From contig CM052817.1 in the NCBI GenBank assembly GCA_028534125.1, forward strand, positions 93,746,001 to 93,810,000: a DNA stretch of 64,000 nucleotides, read 5' to 3'. Made by a program: the position numbers and the translations under genes. Shown piece by piece: positions 52,015 to 64,000 of this stretch; position 1 is the stretch's first letter, and each line of letters opens with the position of its first letter. The notes below the pieces were generated by a model. The model was not told the origin of the DNA and made no database searches. It saw only the letters and a list, made by a program, of their open reading frames with translations. Source of the stretch: Lama glama. Lineage: Eukaryota.

Positions 52015-53100
52015 CTATTGTTTAGATGCCAAAAAAATGAAAGGCTTCACTATGATCAACATCAGATTTATAGCCACAACATAAGGTCCACCTGGGTCTT
52101 TAATGCCATATGCCCTGCCTCAGCATCTCCTCATGTATTTGTGATCTAACTCCTCAAAATGTTAAAAGTGAGATTTCAAAACAGCCTCACTGAGGACGGA
52201 GTTTCTTCCACTCCACTCTAGTGCCACCTAAGTCCTTCTTAAACCAGCAAGGAGACTTTTACACGCACCCTTCATATTCTGAGCCAGTAACAAGTAAAGA
52301 TAGCACTACCTTGCAACCTTATAAAGCCTTCGTAAATACTATGGCATTTCAGAATGGAAATTGACATCATTTTCCAGTCTCATAGCAACCTGCTCTGTCA
52401 TTCCCCACCGTTCATTTGATAAAAAGTAAAGAAATGCCAATGGGTCTTTTTAGGAAGCGCCTCTTCAGACAAATCGTCACATGGAGCTAAAAACCTCTGG
52501 ATGAACAGAGTCCAGACTCATAGGAGCCAGCGGGGCTAATGCAGGAAGTATAACAGTGTTTCTCTAATACCAATTTCTCCAGGTCTTTCCACCACCCCTG
52601 TGTTACTAAGCGATGTAGTGGTGTTTTGTGTTACTCAGTTGAGCTCTGCTCTATGCCTTGTCACTGGCAATAAAAAGATAAAGAAATAAACAATTACTCA
52701 TAAAAGAAGTTGGAAATGCTTTCTAGTGACATAGATTATAGATCCAAGTGAATAAAAAGTTTCACTTTAAAAGATCGTAGTGCCAACAACAAAATAAATG
52801 AATACTAAGTGGATGATTTACAATCTTCTGGTGTCCTATATACTGCAAAACAGCCAAGCAACTGAAGGACACCACCTCTCACCTCCCACTTCCTTTTATT
52901 ACGCTGCATTCTGTGTCTTTGGGCAGCATTTATATTCTGAACTGAAAGTCTAATACCACATAGAACATGGTGGTAACTATTTTAAAAATCATAACACCAA
53001 TTTCTCTATTAAACCCTAAAAGACACTCTACTCAGAACCATCAGACTGTTCGCAGCTTGGTGTTGCTCCTGAGAGGAGGGAACCATCACACACACAAAAG

Positions 53101-53229
53101 GGCTTTGTGCTCAAAGATGCTTTTCTCCCCTCACCACAGAGCTTGTCCACCGACTGTGTAAAGAAAGTCAATTTCTACTTTCTGTTGTGAAGTCATAATG
53201 CTAAATTTGTGGTACCATCATTGATTCTG
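53101..53229 (+). repeat. Local direct duplication, copy 1 (~130 bp)
   Basis: Manual alignment to 55118-55249 shows 9 substitutions and one 3-nt indel. Confidence 0.92.
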
Positions 53230-53844
53230 GCATGGCCAGGGAAAAGTGCTTCTGGCCACAGGCTGAGGTGGTGCTGCAGAGGGGCAGCGGTGGGAAGATG
53301 GGACATAATCTCTTTCCTGGCAGAGTGTTTCCCCATCACTGTGCCAAAAACCAAAGGGGAGGAATGGTAAGAAAGCAGGTGCGTGGGGTAAAGGAGGACC
53401 GTGCATTTTCTTTCTCTGGAAGAGGTTATGTTTTAAGTGCAATTATCTTGAAGCAAAAGCAAAATATCAGAGGAAGACTAGAGAGAATTGCAGTGGCAGT
53501 GGCAAGTCCTTCACCACCCACATCCCTGGCTTTTCTCCCAACACCCAAGAGGTTAAAAAAAAACCACCGAGAGCACAAATTGATTGACAAACATATATGA
53601 ACATAAATTGCAAAGCGCAGGTCCATTTTTCTCGAAACAGTCTCAATTAGTAAAATGCTAAGACAAAAATAAAAACTAAGATAGAAAGTAGATGTTGTCA
53701 TCCGGTCAAGTTACCTACTTACACCATGACCAGATAATCTGTCCTCTTCTCCAAAATCATTTTTTATGATTATTGCAGAAAGAGGGAAGGAAGTGTCATG
53801 GGCTATTAAAATTCAATTTGGCCTGCCTAAAAACTGCACATAGG

Positions 53845-54705
53845 ACATAGGAACCAACTGAAAAAGTTCCCAGTGGCCGCAGCTGGAACAATTTGAGCAA
53901 ATAAATTCTTGAAGTAGCATGGGATTATAATCCAAAGCATAAGATAAACATCCACAAGTCCACTGTACTGTAATGAATGAATAAATCAACATGTAGAGGG
54001 GAAGAGACAGTTCTCCTGTGCAGGAAGAGACAAGTTAAGTAGGTGCCCCACCCTCCAGGATATGGAGCTTAACCCCTGCCCCCAGGACTCCTTAAGTGTG
54101 AGCTCTGTGTGGTAACCCCTTATGAAGAATACACTATGGAAAGAAGTGGGAGAGTAACTTTACAGTGGAGAAATCTGACAAACAGTTCCTTACTGAGTGA
54201 TCAAGGTTAACTCAGCAGCGCTGAGACGTGAGGATAGTATGATGTGGTATGAATGGCATCTTACTTCTATGGTCTTCCTCCCAAGAACCCATTACCCCAG
54301 TGGAATCATGAGAAAATATCAAATTCCACTAGAGGGACGTCTTACAATACACCTAACTAGTACTCCTCAAAGTTGTCAAGGTCACCAAAAATAAGGAAAG
54401 TCTGGGAAAACTGTCCCAGTCAAGCGGAGGTTCAGGAGACATGACAACAAAAGTGTAATGTGATACCCTGGGAGGGCTCTTGGAATCGGAAAAGAACATT
54501 AGATAAGAACTAAGAAAATCTGAGTCAAGTACAGATTTTGGTTAATAATAATGAATCAATTCTGGTTCATTAACTTTAGTAAATGTACCATAATAATGTA
54601 AGATGATAGGAAAAACAGCATGGGGTCCTTGGAAATTCTGTATTACCTCGAATTTTTTTTCTGTAAAGCCAAAACTGTTCTAAAATAGAGAGTTTGTTTT
54701 AACGA
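53845..54705 (+). mobile_element. L1MC-type 3' UTR fragment
   Basis: 'aaccaactgaaaaagttcccagtggccgcagctggaacaatttgagcaa...gtaaagccaaaactgttctaaaatagagagttt', same family as ~30590-31430. Confidence 0.85.
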
Positions 54706-55117
54706 AAACCAAACAAATATAAGTCTGTCATGCCACTCTTACACTTCAGTTTAACACAGCAATCACCTTGCATGCTATTCATTCTACTGAAGTAAACTGT
54801 GACGAGAAAGGCAAGCCTGACGTCCCAATCAACCCACGTCTTTCTGCAGGGATGTAGTTGTCGTTAGATTTTTTAACCTTATGAAGACAAACTAGGCAAG
54901 CTTGACAAAACATTCGCCTAATTCTACACATATTTTTATATGTATTAGCTTCATTCTCTATGTATTTTTATTTATGACAGATCAGGTGTATTGTTCGGAG
55001 GCCCATTTCAGAAACTGAGATGTCCTACTTTAAAGGGTAGGTAGAAACCAATGGCAGGAAACCCCACTTTCTTCCCATAGGTAGTTACTCATTTTCTCTC
55101 CACTTCTGTAAATTGCT

Positions 55118-55249
55118 GGCTTTGTACTCAAAGAAGATGCTTTTCTCCCCTCACCACAGAGCTTGTCCACCGACTGCAGAAAGAAAGTCAATTTCTACTC
55201 TCCGTTGTAAAGTCATAACGCTAAATTTGTGGTACCATCATTGTTTCTG
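55118..55249 (+). repeat. Local direct duplication, copy 2 (~130 bp)
   Basis: Partner of copy 1. The two share a 41-nt identical block, gatgcttttctcccctcaccacagagcttgtccaccgactg. Confidence 0.92.
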
Positions 55250-55963
55250 TGGCAACAGACTGATGTCAGGAACGTGATGAGAACCACTCCAGGGCAGAAA
55301 AGAGATGCAGGTCTTCTGCCCCCCTTCGTGGTGGGCCCTCCCAGGGAAATACGCCCACCTCCGGGCCCATGATCGAGTCTTCAGGAATATTTTGCCACTC
55401 TCCATTCGTAGGGTTGTAACTTCAGAGGAGATAATTCTCAGAATAGATCAAAGCAGGTTAAACTCCAAGTGGCCAATCTCCATTTCATAAGAAATTATTT
55501 CATCAAGAACATCACAGTGATACTCTTTAAATATTTAACTGAGTATGTGTTCATGCTTTCTGAACCCTTATGTTAAATATGCTGTTATAGGAGAAGTTAG
55601 TTAGTCCAAGAAAGGAAAAGGATCCACTTAGTCATTTCCTTCAGGCTTACTTTCCATCTTAAAAAGACAAATAGTAAAAATAGTAACAATATTCCATGGT
55701 GCCTAACTTTTTTAGAAAATCATATATAAAATACATATATAATCTCTGTGTGTTATACATAGAGAAATGTTCTTGGGTACCATTTGAATCTCTGGTTATT
55801 TTTCCTTTATAGTACATTTGAATGTTCAAAGTAAACCTGTTATTTTATTTAAAAATCGTTTACTTAGCATCTACTGGGTTCCAAGTGCCACTGTAGAGAT
55901 ACATTAAAAAATTGAAGAATAGGCCTGTCTTTCAAAAGGTTTAAAACTTAGTGGGATGGGGGG

Positions 55964-56404
55964 TTTACTGGTTTGAATAGTGCCCCCCACCAAATGCATG
56001 TCCACCTGAACCTCACTGTGTGACCTTATTTGGAAACAGGGTCTTTGCAGATTTAATTAGTTAAGATGAGGTCACACTAGATCAGGGAGGGCCCTAATCC
56101 ATGGCTGCTGTCCATACAAGGAGAAAAAATAGACACACAGAGACCCACACAGGGAGACTGCCATGTGACAATGGGGGCACAGATCACAGTGACAAAGCAA
56201 GGACACCAAGGACTACCGGCAACTACCAGAAGCGAGGGCAGGGCAAGGAAAGACCCTCCTCTAGAGCCTTCAGAGCGAGCCCAGCCCTGCCAACACTCTG
56301 ACTTCACACCTCTGGCCACCAGAACTGGGAGAGAACACACCTCTGTTGCTCTGAGTCATCAGATCTGTGGTACTTGGATGGGCAGCCCTAGGAAGCTTAT
56401 ATCA
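55964..56404 (+). mobile_element. MaLR solo LTR (MLT1C-like)
   Basis: 'gtgaccttatttggaaacagggtctttgcagatttaattagttaagatgaggtcacac...ggcagccctaggaagcttatatca'. Confidence 0.88.
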
Positions 56405-57327
56405 GGAGCAAAACAGATGTATCCACAAACAAGAACTTCTAGAAGAATGGATTCAGTTCAAATAGCACCTTCTAAAATGCTGACACACACCAGGCCTTCT
56501 GTATCGAAACGGTTGTCCTCGATGTAAAATTCTAAAGTGCAAACCGGGAAGATGGGAGTCAGGGAGGAAATGGGATGTGATTATTTTCTCAGCTGTTTAC
56601 CGGCCTGTTCCTTTACTTTGCACTGCACGCGTTCATTCAACAAGGGGGTCGATCATTCTGATTACAGGACAGAAGTTGTTTAGTGAGCTTTCCAGCCATG
56701 GCTAAAAAGCAGCATAAAACTAAAGGCGTGTGAAATGAAATTAGCAGTCACAGACCCGATAGGTTTGCCAAACACAAGCAAGCCGCCTCCTACAAGCCTC
56801 TTCATTCTCCTTACTTTCCCCTTGATTATCCAGTCTTTTCAAGTCAAACTGCATATGGAGTGCTTTCATCTCCGGAGAGGCAGCTGCTTCAGATGTTCCC
56901 CAGCCCTTACACACCTTCCACGCATCCAATTCATCCCCGTTCCGAGGGGCACATCCAGGGAGGTGACAGCCCAACTATAATGCTGGGGCCACAACAGTCT
57001 CCTTAGCAGAGCGATGACTGACTGATTAAACGCTTAGGTATGCCAACCACAGAAACCAGAGCCAGGGATTAAGACTCCACAAAACATCACCCAGGAAGTC
57101 AGCTTTCAAGTAGAACTAAATCCGTTTTAAATAACTTGACATTAAGATTTCCTGGGTCTCTTCCATCTCCATATTTGTGCCACTTTATATTCCGGATGTA
57201 TGTGAACCAAAAAAAAAAAATTTTAAACATCTAAACCTGCTTTACCACGGCTGTATATTACTATAAAAAGGAAACCAAAATAACAGCAAAAGACACCAGG
57301 AAATTGGAACTTCTTAGATAAACTTAC

Positions 57328-57354
57328 CCAGGAGGCTTTTTCGGTTTCCTTTCA
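57328..57354 (-). CDS. Candidate 27-nt microexon (VKGNRKSLL or ERKPKKPPG; unverified)
   Basis: Long upstream pyrimidine tract ending ctgtttatttttctaattctag, exon TGAAAGGAAACCGAAAAAGCCTCCTGG, consensus donor TGG|gtaagt. Length preserves frame. Confidence 0.35.
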
Positions 57355-57999
57355 CTAGAATTAGAAAAATAAACAGCCAGCTTTCCAGAAAGGGAGAGGG
57401 GAAGGGAGAGACAACACTTAAATAACAAGAAAGTGACATGATAGGAAAAAAAAAAATCAAGTAGTCACAAATAGTAAGAAAATGGAACTTCATTAATGTG
57501 AAGAATGAAAAGCCGGTAAGAAACCAGCTACTACTGGCATTACATGGAAACCGGGAGAGAAGCACCTTGATCCAAGTGGACCCCTTAAGTCTGCTCTCAC
57601 CCTCTTCCCTCACCAGCATTTCCCTGCCCTCCGATATATCACCCGAATTTCAAGGACCATCTTCCCTTGCCTGAGCAACGCCGGCTTTCCCCAAGACACG
57701 AGGCCAGCTCTTGATTTCATTATTGGCATTTTTACCAAAGTGACAGTTCCATGGCTTTTTCTCATCAGAGGCTATTCTAGGGCCTGGTTTTTCTACCAAA
57801 AAAAAAAAAAAAGGAATGCAATGTAAATATATACACACGTGTGTGTTACCAATTATATCTCTATTTCCGAAGAATGACAATTTCTGCAGAAACCAAAAGT
57901 TAAGTTAATTGTATGCCTCAAAGTCTGGATTGTAAAAATGGCGTTGACAATAGAAAAATATAAATCAACATAACATTAGCAATAGAAAAGACTTTGCGG

Positions 58000-58620
58000 C
58001 GAGGTGAGCTCCTGGGCCCTGCGGCCCATCCTAGCCTGCCAGCCACATTACTCTCCAGGCAGGGTGCCTCTCCATACTTGCATGTGCTGCACCCAGCGCC
58101 TGGAACTCCCTTCTCCCCGATACCCTCATGGCTCTGTCGGTCACTGCTCAATTGTTCCTATATCATACAGCTCCTTCCCCCTCACTAGTTTATATAAAAT
58201 CACAATCACCCAACATCCTTAACTCTTCAGCCTGTTTTATTTTTACCCATAAAATAAAAGTATATCTCTCTATAAAAATAAATAAAAAACAAATTCCATC
58301 TGTATAGCACAGGGACTATATTCAATATCTTGCAATAACCTTTAATGAAAAAGAATATGAAAACAAATATATGTATTTATTTATATGCATGACTGGGACA
58401 TTACGCTGTACACCAGAAATTGACACACTGTAACTGACTATACTTCAATAAAAAAAAATATATCTCTCCCACTGATACATTTGCTTATTAGTTTCTGGTC
58501 CACTAGCACGTGAATGCCATGAGGACAGGGACTTTGCCCATTTGGGCAAATTTACTGCCACATACTCAGCACCTAGAAGAACATCTGGGTCTCACCGGCT
58601 CCCAATGAATCTTTCTTGAG
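58000..58620 (+). mobile_element. L2 3' fragment with a nested camelid L1 tail (~58271-58457)
   Basis: L2 end 'ccatgaggacagggactttg...catactcagcacctagaa'. Nested 'tgtatagcacagggactatattcaatatcttgcaataacc...actatacttcaataaaaa' is flanked by repeated 'tatatctctc'. Confidence 0.75.
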
Positions 58621-59269
58621 GGAGAAATGACTCCGCTCCACTCTGTGTACTGGACGATCTTTCAGTGCTTACTCTAGAAGGAAGAGGGTCTCAGACACTT
58701 GTGTTTCCGGTCTTCTCAGACTCAAATGCTCTGGAGTAGAAGAAGGATCAAGCATTGAGGAAGGAGTATGTACTGATGAAAGTAAATAGATACAGTAGTT
58801 TGAATAAGCAACTTCACTTTCAAACACCTAGAGGCCTAGGGGGCTGCATCCAGGGCTCTCCAGATCTTATCACATGGCCTGGAGGGAATGTGCTGAGATG
58901 TTGGATTCCTTTTTAACAAATCAACTTGTAAAGGCTTAACCCCACTGATACAGAACACAGGGTCTGGTTAGCATTTGAGTCACTCACCAAGCAACAGGGA
59001 AAGAAACTAAGCACACAAAGTGGGAGGTCTTAAAACGGCAATAGAAAATTCAGCGTGCGTCTCAGGGAATTATAAAACCAGAATGCTAAATAAAGCCTTT
59101 TCCCACTTCAACCCCGTCTACAGCTATCTACCAATGTAGGTGAGACACCAGTATACGTCTAGGCTGCAAATTCTAGCTGTTTACCCTGTCCCTCCAGCCA
59201 GACATCTAGAAAAGGTACTTCTGTAGACCATAGCAAGTTGTTAAAACTAAAATTCAGATGTATACACGG

Positions 59270-59715
59270 TGAAGGCTGTGTTGATGCCCTGTCCACGTCT
59301 GCCCATTTACGGGGCCAGTGTAGACAGGACTCACCTCATCAGGGAAGTTGCCACGTCCCTTTCCCCAGACACCCCACAAGTACACACACACACGCACACA
59401 CACGCACACCCAGCCCGCAGCCAATGACTGACTGGCATCGTTAGATGACCACTTATGGTATGCTGTGGTTTGTGGTGTGGTTTATGCCTGCATAGTCCCT
59501 CCTTTCACCCCCACTGCGAATCCACATCTAGCCAAGGCTAGCATTTACCCCACATTGAGCCAAAGATAGAATTCACCTGAAACCACTTCTTTGCTCAGTT
59601 CTTCTCCCTTCCCTCGCCTGCATCGCCCTCTCCCTTTCTGAAGAGCATCCTCTCAATAAATCATGTCTCCTGAATCCATGTCTCAGACTCGGTTCCTGAA
59701 ACCCAACATGAAACA
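59270..59715 (+). mobile_element. ERVL-class solo LTR (LTR16-like)
   Basis: 3' end 'gagcatcctctcaataaatcatgtctcctgaatccatgtctcagactcggttcctgaaacccaacatgaaaca'. Confidence 0.75.
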
Positions 59716-61399
59716 GTGTATGTCCTGGTTAGCTATTGACTTAAAATCCAAAATTAGAATTATTTAAATTAGATGAAATGGGAATAACGCCTACTTCATT
59801 TTAAGGTCCCTTGAATTTAACAGATCATCAGTGAGTTCGTAGAACTGTGACCAGTTTCCGTGCAGAAGAGGAACCTTTCCTATTTCAGTTGACAAGTCCT
59901 TTCCCCAGGTATGCTGTGACGGTATTGGGGAGGAAGACAGGTGTGCTCAGTTCAAATGAATGCCTTCAGCGTGCTACAGCACTGTGTCCTTTTGCTCCCT
60001 TTCTGCATATATAGTCGGTTAGTTGGGCTTTGTGCATTTGTTTTTAATCTTTTAATGTAGGAACGTTGACTCTGAAATAACTTAGCCAACTCAAAGTCCT
60101 ATGATTCTAATTTTTTTTTGTTTTGTTTTATGAAGTTGGTCTTGTGTATCTGATGGATTTTAAGAGGACTCTATCTCATGGTTTCTATTATAACTTTATA
60201 TTGGTTATAGTTGGTTAAGAATTTAATCTGTCTCCTGCATTTTATTAGCAAACCGTGTGAATTATCTTCACAATATGCAAGCTTGCTTCTGCCTGGTCCG
60301 TTATTTCTCAAAGGAATTACAATGCCTCTCGAGAACTTGGCCAATTGCTTTTTTATTTTTAGTTCACATTTTCTAGTAATAACATTATTAAAAGCTTCAA
60401 TGAAGATATAGTACTTATTACGTTCTCTTGAGCTCATTTGTTTATTTGATTTATACATTACTTGCTCACGGAACACTGAGATCCATATTTCAGTCGGTTT
60501 TCTGTCTTCACATATTGCGTTGGGAAAACACAGGGCCTTAATTAAAATGATACCACAAGGTGGCTATACCTTTTTTTAGGGGACAATGTTCTTTCTTTGT
60601 CACTTAGAATAATCCAAGAAGTTACTAATCAGCCTGAAAATAATACACATTTCTTACATTTGATTATTGGTTTATCTGATTGATATTAACCATATAAGAA
60701 CTAATTAAACAATATTAATATATTGTTATTTTCATATTTTCTTTTTCAAGTTGCCATCAACTATGTAGTGTATTTAACATATTTTTTACTGTACAGTTTA
60801 TTCTGTGAGCTCCCAGTTACACCTGTATATACATACAGTTCCTATGTGGTCAACAGTCTTATTAACAGGTAGAATGAGGTATTTTTACTTTTCTCAGTTT
60901 CTTAAATATAAAATGGAGATAATAATAAAAATTATCTCACAGAATCGTGGAGAGGACACAGCCTGGCAGGTAGGAAGTGCTCACCAAACTCGACTGTCAC
61001 AGGACAGGGGTGTCACTCGCTCACCTGTCCTGTGTGTAGGTCTGGATCCACGGCATAAATGGGTCACTGACCCTCAAAGTGCATCTGAGGAAGTGAAGGC
61101 ATCACTGAAAGATTGACTAAAGGATCTGGCACTCTTCTGTGGAAGGAAGATGAGACTTTGTCCTGAGTGTCCAGAAAGGTCAGGAGTCGAACCAATACGT
61201 AGAAGCTATGGGAAGACAGCCTTTGTTTCCAGACACGGAGAAACTTCTCCCTGCCTCAGAAGGCAGCAGGTTCCACGTTACCAGAGACTTCAGGTAAAAG
61301 CAAGACCACTACCTGAGATATTATACAAGTGATTCTTCAAATGGCTAGGAAGTTTGACAAGAAGAATTCAAGGGTCCTTACAACTGTAATAATTAAAAA

Positions 61400-61610
61400 A
61401 AAGCAGTAAACACACAAGCTCACTGCATGTTTATTACGTGGCACTGTGGGAGGCACTTCAAATGCACCATGTCATTTAATCATCACAACAACTTCAGGAG
61501 GTAAGTACTTAGATAACCCCTCCTATTTTACAGATGTGGAAATAATGGCTCAGCCTCTTTGCCTCGGAGGACCTGGCAGCTCTCAACCTTAGGTTATATT
61601 GCCTTCCATG
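61400..61610 (-). mobile_element. MIR SINE
   Basis: 'tcatttaatcatcacaacaacttcaggaggtaagtactt...cctattttacagatgtggaaa'. Confidence 0.75.
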
Positions 61611-61719
61611 ATGAGATACACCTGACTCAGGTCCCCTCCGTATACCAGTGCCGTTGGACATCCCATCTCATTTTTTTCATATAGTCTTCCAATGTGGTCC
61701 TATGGTTTGGAATTCTTCC

Positions 61720-62113
61720 TGTTGAATCAGTCAGAATACGCAAGGTTATGCTATATGAGCAAACAACCCCTCAGTCTTCCCATCTTCTACCAAAGGTTTC
61801 CTTCTCACTTACTACACATGTTCATGATGGGCTGCTGCGGGGACCTGCCTCACGTGTCTCCTAATACTGGATCCGGGTTGACGGGGCGGCCACTATCTCA
61901 AAATACGTTTTTGACCACAGAGGAAAAGGAGAGACTTCTGAAGGATGGCACAGTGGCAGTCCATTGCTCAGGTAAAGAAATGACACTCATAAGTCACTAG
62001 TCAGACCAGTCACTTGGCCGCCCAAACACAAGGGACCAGGAAGCGCCATCCTGTGCTCACTCAGCAGGTAGGGACCCAGGAGTATCTGGTGAATGGAAGC
62101 ACTGATTACCACA
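61720..62113 (-). mobile_element. Ancient MLT1-type LTR (antisense)
   Basis: 'aggttatgctatatgagcaaacaacccc...caaaggtttccttctcacttactacacatg...gcactgattaccaca'. Confidence 0.65.
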
Positions 62114-63087
62114 TTGTCACTACACAGCTTCCAGGTGTTCTCTCATTCAAAAGCTGACAGTATCTCACAGCTTCTCAAAATATGTTCCCAAGTGATTAAC
62201 AAGAGAAAGAGGAAACCTTCCGCGGTAGCACAACATCCTGACGCTATTGTCCCTTTGTTTCTCTTTCACGGTAGTCATACCTCTTCCGAAAATGTAGGGT
62301 TTCTTCTAACATGAATGAAAAACAATTAAGATGTGAAATGCTACAAGAATATGTGACCGTATCTACCCACTGCTCAAACAACCCACCGCAGCAGAGCTAA
62401 TGCACAATTTTTCTAGTAGGTAGCCTTTTGAAAAGCACAGACTGAATTTCTATCAACCATGGTCATTTTAAATGAAGATCATTTTTCATTAAAGTGCTTT
62501 ATTGTTTGCAGATGATCTAAATAACTAAATATTTTCTCTTCCAAACGACCTCTACCTTCAACAGTAATTCATAAAAATCTACTCTGCCTTGGGGACACAA
62601 AAGACTTTTGGTTGTTTCATTCGGACTGACAGTGCTTTAAGATAAAAGCTGTTTTCCTGCTCTGAAAATCCCCAATGAGAAAGCAAAGGCTGCACCAGGC
62701 GGCAGCAGTCAGTCCTCTGGGCTCTTATCCGAAACCACTTTCCTTCCTCTAAGCCCTCTTGGCTTTAAAACATCCTAGAACAGGCTAAAGTAGTTAGATA
62801 TTAAGTGTTGTCTTGAACCTACTCAATTAAGTAAGTGATCACTTTGAAATTCGGAATTAACTCCAACTCCAAGAGCTATGGCTCTCCTGATATGAATCAC
62901 CCCCTCCAAAGGCACGATTCAAGAGCTTTCTCTCTACAATGCCAGGAGGGTGGATTTCTTTGGTCATAAGCTGTCATAGGGATCTCAGCCTAATTCATTT
63001 TCCCCAGTCCTTTATTCAGATACAGGGTTTCAATGCCTGTCTCTCAAAAACATAGTTGGACCACCTCAACACTATTCCATTTCATAC

Positions 63088-63550
63088 TGCCAACAAAAAG
63101 TTGTCACTCGCCATCTGGTTCTACAAGAATGAAGTTACTAGCCACTGCAGTCTCAGACCTTCAACACCCTGAAAGGACTTCAAGGCGGAGATCAGGAATG
63201 AGGCACTCTGTGCTCTGGGAGAAGCTGGCAGAACCGGTCTTCAGATAGTTGGGTATTTTCAGGAGAAGATTTTATGAGCCCAATTTCTTACATCTTGTAT
63301 CTAGGAAAAACTAAAATCAGTAATGGAGACACTGCTTCTCGTGACCAGCACAACCTTCTGTCAAAATGCGTGCTTGACTGCACACACCCCCTTCACTAAA
63401 ATCACGTACATACTGACCTTTCCCCTGCCTCTTCACAGCATGTCCTCAGAGCTAGCTGAGAGGCTGTCTCCCGGGCTAGAGTCCTCATTTTGCCCCAAAT
63501 AAAACAACTCACACTTCTCACAGTGTGCTTTTCTATTTTTTCAGTCAACA
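63088..63550 (+). mobile_element. ERV solo LTR (related to 36090-36577)
   Basis: Bounded by TG...CA, with AATAAA in 'ccccaaataaaac', ending 'ttttttcagtcaaca'. Confidence 0.8.
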
Positions 63551-64000
63551 GAACAAGTTTTACATTAAAAAGATCCCTTCTTAGTTTAAAGAAAAAACTC
63601 AGCACTAAAAAAAAAAAAATTAGGCCTTAATTTTAATGATACAAATTAGAAATGGTTCAAAATGGAAATCTTTGTGTTTCGGGTTGGAGACACATTTCTT
63701 GACAAAGCGTTGAGGATGTTTTTAAGTCATCTCCATTTCATTTCAGAGAATTTAAAGCCAGGAAATATATCAGAGAGAGGAAAAACAATGACAGTTTTGT
63801 GTAATAGCACAAAATTAGCATGTTGGTCTCTTTGATGAGCTAAAGTACATGGCAGACGTTTCTAGTAACCACGTTCCTTTTGACATGTTGAAGGGCATGC
63901 TGTGTGCATTCTGTGAATATGACACATTATTTTCTTTCTCTTGACTTCTAGAAGCCTTAGCACTTTTTCAAGAGGGCATACGGTTACTAGAATTACTTTA

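Noticed and set aside
30590..54705. Similarity between ~30590-31430, 53845-54705 and (inverted) ~17960-18900 as a segmental duplication
   Set aside because: Explained by independent, diverged copies of L1MC-type 3' UTRs.
457..63605. Supplied six-frame ORFs (60-179 aa) as genes
   Set aside because: None resembles a protein I recognise. Many overlap LTR, L1 or L2 remnants or use non-ATG starts, and the lengths are what chance gives in mammalian non-coding DNA.
1..64000. CRISPR array, operon, phage/defence system, NUMT or processed pseudogene
   Set aside because: I saw no regularly spaced repeat-spacer array, no long ORFs, and no mitochondrial-like or mRNA-like segment. The window reads as eutherian repeat-rich DNA throughout.

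Overview
This is AT-rich mammalian genomic DNA, most likely camelid (alpaca, llama or camel), judged from two tRNA-derived SINEs of the Vic-1 type and artiodactyl-type L1 3' ends. Much of the window is recognisable interspersed repeat: L1 (L1MC/MD/ME-type, HAL1 and younger camelid L1 tails), L2, CR1/L3, MIR, MaLR/ERV solo LTRs, hAT MITEs and microsatellites. I cannot recognise any protein-coding gene, RNA gene or prokaryote-type system, and the supplied ORFs look like chance or repeat-derived frames. LTR orientation bias (11 of 13 on +) suggests the window lies inside long introns of a minus-strand gene. Several minus-strand exon-like segments (27, 72, 105, 117 and 123 nt) are listed as unverified candidates. 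The most solid non-repeat observations are a near-consensus CTCF site at 33182-33200, a ~130-bp local direct duplication (53101-53229 and 55118-55249) and an internally deleted L1. Repeat family names come from my recall of consensus sequences, and the boundaries of old repeats are approximate.
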